Positions 16,152-20,000 of a DNA stretch of 20,000 nt are shown in pieces (position 1 is the stretch's first letter; each line of letters begins with the position of its first letter). The stretch is from an uncultured virus (IMG/VR IMGVR_UViG_3300043409_001074) (Duplodnaviria > Heunggongvirae > Uroviricota > Caudoviricetes): the IMG/VR virus record IMGVR_UViG_3300043409_001074; one strand, given 5' to 3'. Below the pieces are notes generated by a model. That model was not told the DNA's origin, searched no databases, and was given only the letters and a program-made list of their open reading frames with translations. The translations under genes were made by a program, and so were the position numbers.

Positions 16152-17206
16152 GAGTATGTGACTATATTGCCAATCAATTAAACAATATTGGTATAGAACG
16201 AATCTATGGTCTAATGGGCGGTGGCGCATCAGGATTAAATGATGGATTTATCAAACATCCAGGACTAGATTATATTTGTTTTCATCATGAACAAGGAGCA
16301 GGACATGCGGCAATTGGTGAAGCAAAAACTAGAAATTTTCTGTCTGTGGTTAATCCTACTACTGGCTGTGGCGGAACTAATTGTATTACTTCTGTTCTGG
16401 ATGCATGGCAAGATGGAGTTCCTGTATTATTCATTTCTGGTAATGTGAGACAAGATCAAACATCCTACATGTATAATAAAAAGATGAAAGATGAAGATCA
16501 TCTTTTTATCAGGAAACATGGTATTCAAGAAAATAATATTATTCCAATTATTGAGAGTATTACGAAATATTCTAAATTTATAGACAATGGTGGTTTAATT
16601 AGAGGCATTCTACAAAATGCTGTAAATGAGGCTTTATCTGATAGAAAAGGTCCAGTGTGGTTAGACATTCCTTCTGATGTTCAGACTGCGGAAATTCCAG
16701 ATGACACTAAGGATATTGAAATTCGTCCAACATTTTCTGGCAATGAAAACATTGAATCTGATTTTGTAGACAAATTTCTATCATATAAACAATATAGTAG
16801 ACCAGTATTTTTAGTTGGTAATGGTATTAGGCAGAGTGGTAATGTGGATAGGTTTCTACAATTATCTAAACAATATAATATTCCTTATGTGTCTACTTAT
16901 GGATCAAGAGACTATTCAGATTTTTATTATGGATTAAATCTTGGGTGTATTGGTGTTAAGGGATCACGATTAGGAAATATGGCAATGCAAAATTGTGATC
17001 TTCTAATGATACTAGGAACGTCATTAAACGTATCTCATGTAGGATATGATGCAAGTAAATTCTCGCCTAATTCATATAAAATATTAATCACTAATGATAA
17101 AAGTGAAATGTATAAGAATATTATTCCATTACATTATTTAAGATACATGGATTTGACTGAATTTTTCTGGCAGATTAAAAAAATTGGAGATAATAATGAT
17201 GAATAA
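16148..17206 (+). CDS. ThDP-dependent enzyme, acetolactate synthase-like (YerE-like), N-terminal and central domains
   Basis: HHEQGAGHAA, TTGCGGTNCIT, AWQDGVPVLFISG, RKGPVWLDIPSDVQ, RPVFLVGNG, CDLLMILGTSL. Confidence 0.88.
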   Translation: MRVCDYIANQLNNIGIERIYGLMGGGASGLNDGFIKHPGLDYICFHHEQGAGHAAIGEAKTRNFLSVVNPTTGCGGTNCITSVLDAWQDGVPVLFISGNVRQDQTSYMYNKKMKDEDHLFIRKHGIQENNIIPIIESITKYSKFIDNGGLIRGILQNAVNEALSDRKGPVWLDIPSDVQTAEIPDDTKDIEIRPTFSGNENIESDFVDKFLSYKQYSRPVFLVGNGIRQSGNVDRFLQLSKQYNIPYVSTYGSRDYSDFYYGLNLGCIGVKGSRLGNMAMQNCDLLMILGTSLNVSHVGYDASKFSPNSYKILITNDKSEMYKNIIPLHYLRYMDLTEFFWQIKKIGDNNDE

Positions 17207-17990
17207 TAAAAGTGAAAGATGGTTAGACTTAATTACTGAATGGCGGTGTAAATTTTATGACCATGACGTAGTAGGTGATCAAAATTCTATTTATACTAGA
17301 ATGAAACTTATTTCAGATGTGGTTAATTCAGAAGATACTATATTCGTAATTGATGCAGGATCACCATCATATACTTTTCCGGCAAGATATCCATTTAGAT
17401 ATAGACAAAGATTAATTTCAAGTCCTAGTCAGGCTGATATGGGTTGGGGCATTCCTGCGGCTGTCGGTGTGGCATTATCCGAACCAGATAAAGATGTAGT
17501 AGTAATAGTTGGTGATGGAAGTTTTATGTCTAATATGCAGGAACTTGCAGTAATTAAACAACATAATTTACCTATTAAAATTGTAGTATTTAATAACAAT
17601 GGATACCTTTCTATTAAAAATACTCAGAATAATTTCTATAATAATAGAGTCCATGGTGTAGATGATAAATCAGGATTGTATTTTCCAGATTTAGAGGATA
17701 TTGCAAAATCATTTAGGTTTAAATATTTAAGGTATAATTTTGATGATGATAATTTCAGTAAATTAGATGAATGCATTAATGAAAATAATGAACCAACAAT
17801 TATTGAAATGATGTGTCTGGAAAATGAGGAAATTATTCCCTCACAGAATTTTAAAATTGGCCCTGATGGTAAAAAAATTCAAGCAGGATTGGATGATATG
17901 TATCCATTTTTACCAGAGCAAACTATGGAATATTTCAATACTCTAAATCAAGATTATAAAATTTTAGATATTAGTGAGAAGTTTAGATGA
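17196..17990 (+). CDS. ThDP-dependent enzyme, C-terminal diphosphate-binding domain as a separate ORF
   Basis: MGWGIPAAVG, GDGSFMSNMQEL...NNNGY (GDG-x-NN motif). ATG at 17196/17199 with GGAG at 17186-17189; the track start is TTG 17184. Confidence 0.85.
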   Translation: MMNNKSERWLDLITEWRCKFYDHDVVGDQNSIYTRMKLISDVVNSEDTIFVIDAGSPSYTFPARYPFRYRQRLISSPSQADMGWGIPAAVGVALSEPDKDVVVIVGDGSFMSNMQELAVIKQHNLPIKIVVFNNNGYLSIKNTQNNFYNNRVHGVDDKSGLYFPDLEDIAKSFRFKYLRYNFDDDNFSKLDECINENNEPTIIEMMCLENEEIIPSQNFKIGPDGKKIQAGLDDMYPFLPEQTMEYFNTLNQDYKILDISEKFR

Positions 17991-18832
17991 AAAATAGAAC
18001 ATACTATATTCTAGGATCAGAGGGATTTATCGGTTCAGTATTAATGCGAGAATTGCCAAAATATTGTGATAATGTTATAGGTATTAATAGGAACATTATT
18101 AAAGATTTTACAGATTTAAAGGAAATGAAAAAATATTTTAAATCTATGGATAATATTAATAGTTATGTTATTAACTGTGCGACATCAGGCGGCAAAGAAC
18201 TATTGGGCGGATATAATAAAGATGAACTATGGAATAATATAAAAATTAATGATAATATTATGTCACTCAGGGATTATTATAGATTCTATATTAATATTGG
18301 AAGTGGCGCGGAACTCGATAAATCTAATCCTATTATTGATGCTACTGAACATGATTGTATGGAAGTTTTACCCATGGACAGTTATGGGATGTCGAAAAAT
18401 ATAATTGCGAAGAGAATTTTATCTTGTAATGGTGGATTAAATCTTAGATTGTTTGGAGTGTTTGATTATTCAGAACCAGCATATAGATTTTTTAAAACGT
18501 GTATTAATAATATACAAAAAGGAATTCCAATAGAAATTATGAATGATAATTATTTTTCCTGGGTTTCTGGTATTGATCTGGGACATATGGTTAGTCAAAT
18601 AGATTATAATACACCGTTTAATAGTTTAGATTTAAATTGTGCATATTCTCAGAAAATCAGATTAAGTGAATTTGCATATCATGTTTCTAGAATATATGGT
18701 AAACATGTTAATATTATGATACATTCAAATTCTAATAAAGAATATACATGTAATTCATATTTATTAGAATCTGAATATAAATGGAAGTATGGATTAGAAA
18801 ATAGTATTATTGAATATAGTGATAAATTTTAA
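17987..18832 (+). CDS. NAD-dependent epimerase/dehydratase/reductase (extended SDR)
   Basis: GSEGFIG Rossmann motif, GSGAE, YGMSK (YxxxK), LRLFGVF. Confidence 0.88.
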   Translation: MKNRTYYILGSEGFIGSVLMRELPKYCDNVIGINRNIIKDFTDLKEMKKYFKSMDNINSYVINCATSGGKELLGGYNKDELWNNIKINDNIMSLRDYYRFYINIGSGAELDKSNPIIDATEHDCMEVLPMDSYGMSKNIIAKRILSCNGGLNLRLFGVFDYSEPAYRFFKTCINNIQKGIPIEIMNDNYFSWVSGIDLGHMVSQIDYNTPFNSLDLNCAYSQKIRLSEFAYHVSRIYGKHVNIMIHSNSNKEYTCNSYLLESEYKWKYGLENSIIEYSDKF

Positions 18833-20000
18833 TGTTTACCAACAGCAGGTGATGGAGGAATAATTAATTGATTAGCTCGTTTAAATGAAACTGAAAAACT
18901 TAGTGTTTCTTCAATAATGGGCTGATCTAAAGAACGTGAATTACTATCACTTCTAGATTCTCTAGAATTAATATCATTAACTCGGGCCAAATCTTCATTG
19001 TATCTACGTGAAGATTTGGCTATTTGCGTATTTGGATCACCACCAATGAATGCGTATATTATGGTAGCTGGTGGTGGTTTTTGTAAATATACGTTATCCA
19101 TTGTTGGAGGATCAATAGAAGAAATTGATGCCATATCCAAGTTAAATTCTGAGTTTCTTCTTCTTCTTGTTCCATTTTCTGTTTGTGTTTGTGTTTGTGT
19201 TTGGGGTTGTGTTTGGGGTTGTGTTTGGGGTTGTGTTTGGGTTTGGGTTTGTGTTTGGGTTTGTGTTTGTGTGTTAACTGTAGGAGCAGTAACAGGTGGA
19301 GCAGAAGGAGTAGGAGCAGTAACAGGTGGAGCAGAAGGAGTAGGAGCAGTAACAGGTGGAGCAGAAGGACGTGGAGTAGGAACAGGTGGAGCAGAAGGAC
19401 GTGGAGTAGGAACAGGTGGAGCAGAAGGAGTAGGAGCAGTAACAGGTGGAGCAGAAGGAGTAGGAGCAGTAGCAGGTGGAGCAGAAGGAGTAGGAGCAGT
19501 AGCAGGTGGAGCAGAAGGAGTAGGAGCAGTAACAGGTGGAGCAGAAGGAGTAGGAGCAGTAACAGGTGGAGCAGAAGGAGTAGGAGCAGTAGCAGGTGGA
19601 GCAGAAGGAGCACGAACAGTAGCAGGACTAGGAGCACGAACAGTAGCAAGACCACGAGCATACGCAGTTGATGTTCCAAAAGTATTATTAATTGCTTGAG
19701 CTAAAATATTGTATGGCGAAACACGCGGACCAGAAGTAGCTGAATTAGGATTAGGTTCACTTGGTTGAATTGTAATATTACGATTAACTGGATTAGAAGT
19801 AACTTGATTAGAAATAACTGGATTAGGATTAACTGGATTAGCTGAAATAACTGGATTAGGATTATCTTGATTAGAAATAACTGGATTAGGATTAACTGGA
19901 TTAGCTGAAATAACTGGATTAGGATTATCTTGATTAGGATTAGCTGAAATAACTGGATTAGGATTAGCTGAAATAACTTGATTAGTATTAACTTGATTAG
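18829..20000 (-). CDS. 3' part of a long Pro/Thr/Ser/Gln/Asn-rich repeat protein; start lies beyond the window
   Basis: The frame of track ORF 18829..19140 stays open up to the window edge (about 389 codons): NPVISA/NQDNP repeats, ILAQAINNTFGTSTAYARGL, (TPSAPPVTAP)x11, TQ/PQ run, then a unique C-terminus. Confidence 0.85.
   Translation of the reverse strand, partial: NQVNTNQVISANPNPVISANPNQDNPNPVISANPVNPNPVISNQDNPNPVISANPVNPNPVISNQVTSNPVNRNITIQPSEPNPNSATSGPRVSPYNILAQAINNTFGTSTAYARGLATVRAPSPATVRAPSAPPATAPTPSAPPVTAPTPSAPPVTAPTPSAPPATAPTPSAPPATAPTPSAPPVTAPTPSAPPVPTPRPSAPPVPTPRPSAPPVTAPTPSAPPVTAPTPSAPPVTAPTVNTQTQTQTQTQTQTQPQTQPQTQPQTQTQTQTENGTRRRRNSEFNLDMASISSIDPPTMDNVYLQKPPPATIIYAFIGGDPNTQIAKSSRRYNEDLARVNDINSRESRSDSNSRSLDQPIIEETLSFSVSFKRANQLIIPPSPAVGKH
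19178..19273. repeat. Hexamer microsatellite-like run encoding TQ/PQ dipeptides
   Basis: ttgtgt / ttgggg / ttgggt units. Confidence 0.88.
19280..19610. repeat. 11 x 30-bp tandem repeat
   Basis: Unit gtaggagcagta(a/g)caggtggagcagaagga; units 4-5 are a cgtggagtagg variant; no spacers. Confidence 0.95.
19804..19935. repeat. 2 x 63-bp tandem duplication within a degenerate Asn-Pro repeat zone
   Basis: Identical units start at 19804 and 19867, partial at 19930; shorter related subunits continue to 20000. Confidence 0.9.

Noticed and set aside
16148..17990. ilvB as a branched-chain amino acid auxiliary metabolic gene
   Set aside because: Its position between a DdhC-type dehydrase and a sugar SDR, with no ilvN/ilvC/ilvD, points to nucleotide-sugar branching.
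19280..19610. 30-bp repeats as a possible CRISPR array
   Set aside because: Units are head-to-tail with no unique spacers and encode an in-frame 10-aa repeat.
18998..19699. Track ORFs 18998..19699 (+), 19059..19679 (-) and 19183..19671 (+)
   Set aside because: Shadow frames kept open by the tandem repeats; the minus frame continuous with 18829..19140 is the coherent gene.

Overview
AT-rich segment of a large T4-like (myovirus-type) phage genome. The left arm (1-9708, minus strand) carries a metalloprotease-like gene, a Zn-dependent deaminase, probable late/virion genes, a holin-like pair, gp61 primase, thyX and a class I ribonucleotide reductase alpha gene. That nrdA is fractured at its catalytic cysteine into two ORFs carrying the N- and C-halves of a naturally split intein, with a free-standing GIY-YIG endonuclease between them. 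The nrdA C-half (486 down to <1) is missing from the supplied ORF track. The endonuclease RBS lies in a 13-bp hairpin with an embedded T4-type late promoter, and the primase RBS lies in an 11-bp hairpin with an overlapping consensus sigma70 promoter. The right arm (9853-18832, plus strand) carries phoH, an exonuclease, gp33, gp59 and gp32. These are followed by a sugar cassette (GT34-like glycosyltransferase, DdhC/RfbH 3-dehydrase, a ThDP enzyme split over two ORFs, NAD-dependent SDR) resembling the yersiniose branched-chain 3,6-dideoxysugar pathway. The cassette converges on the 3' end of a long minus-strand Pro/Thr/Ser/Gln-rich tandem-repeat protein gene (>20000-18829). All assignments come from motif recognition and gene order; no database searches were run.
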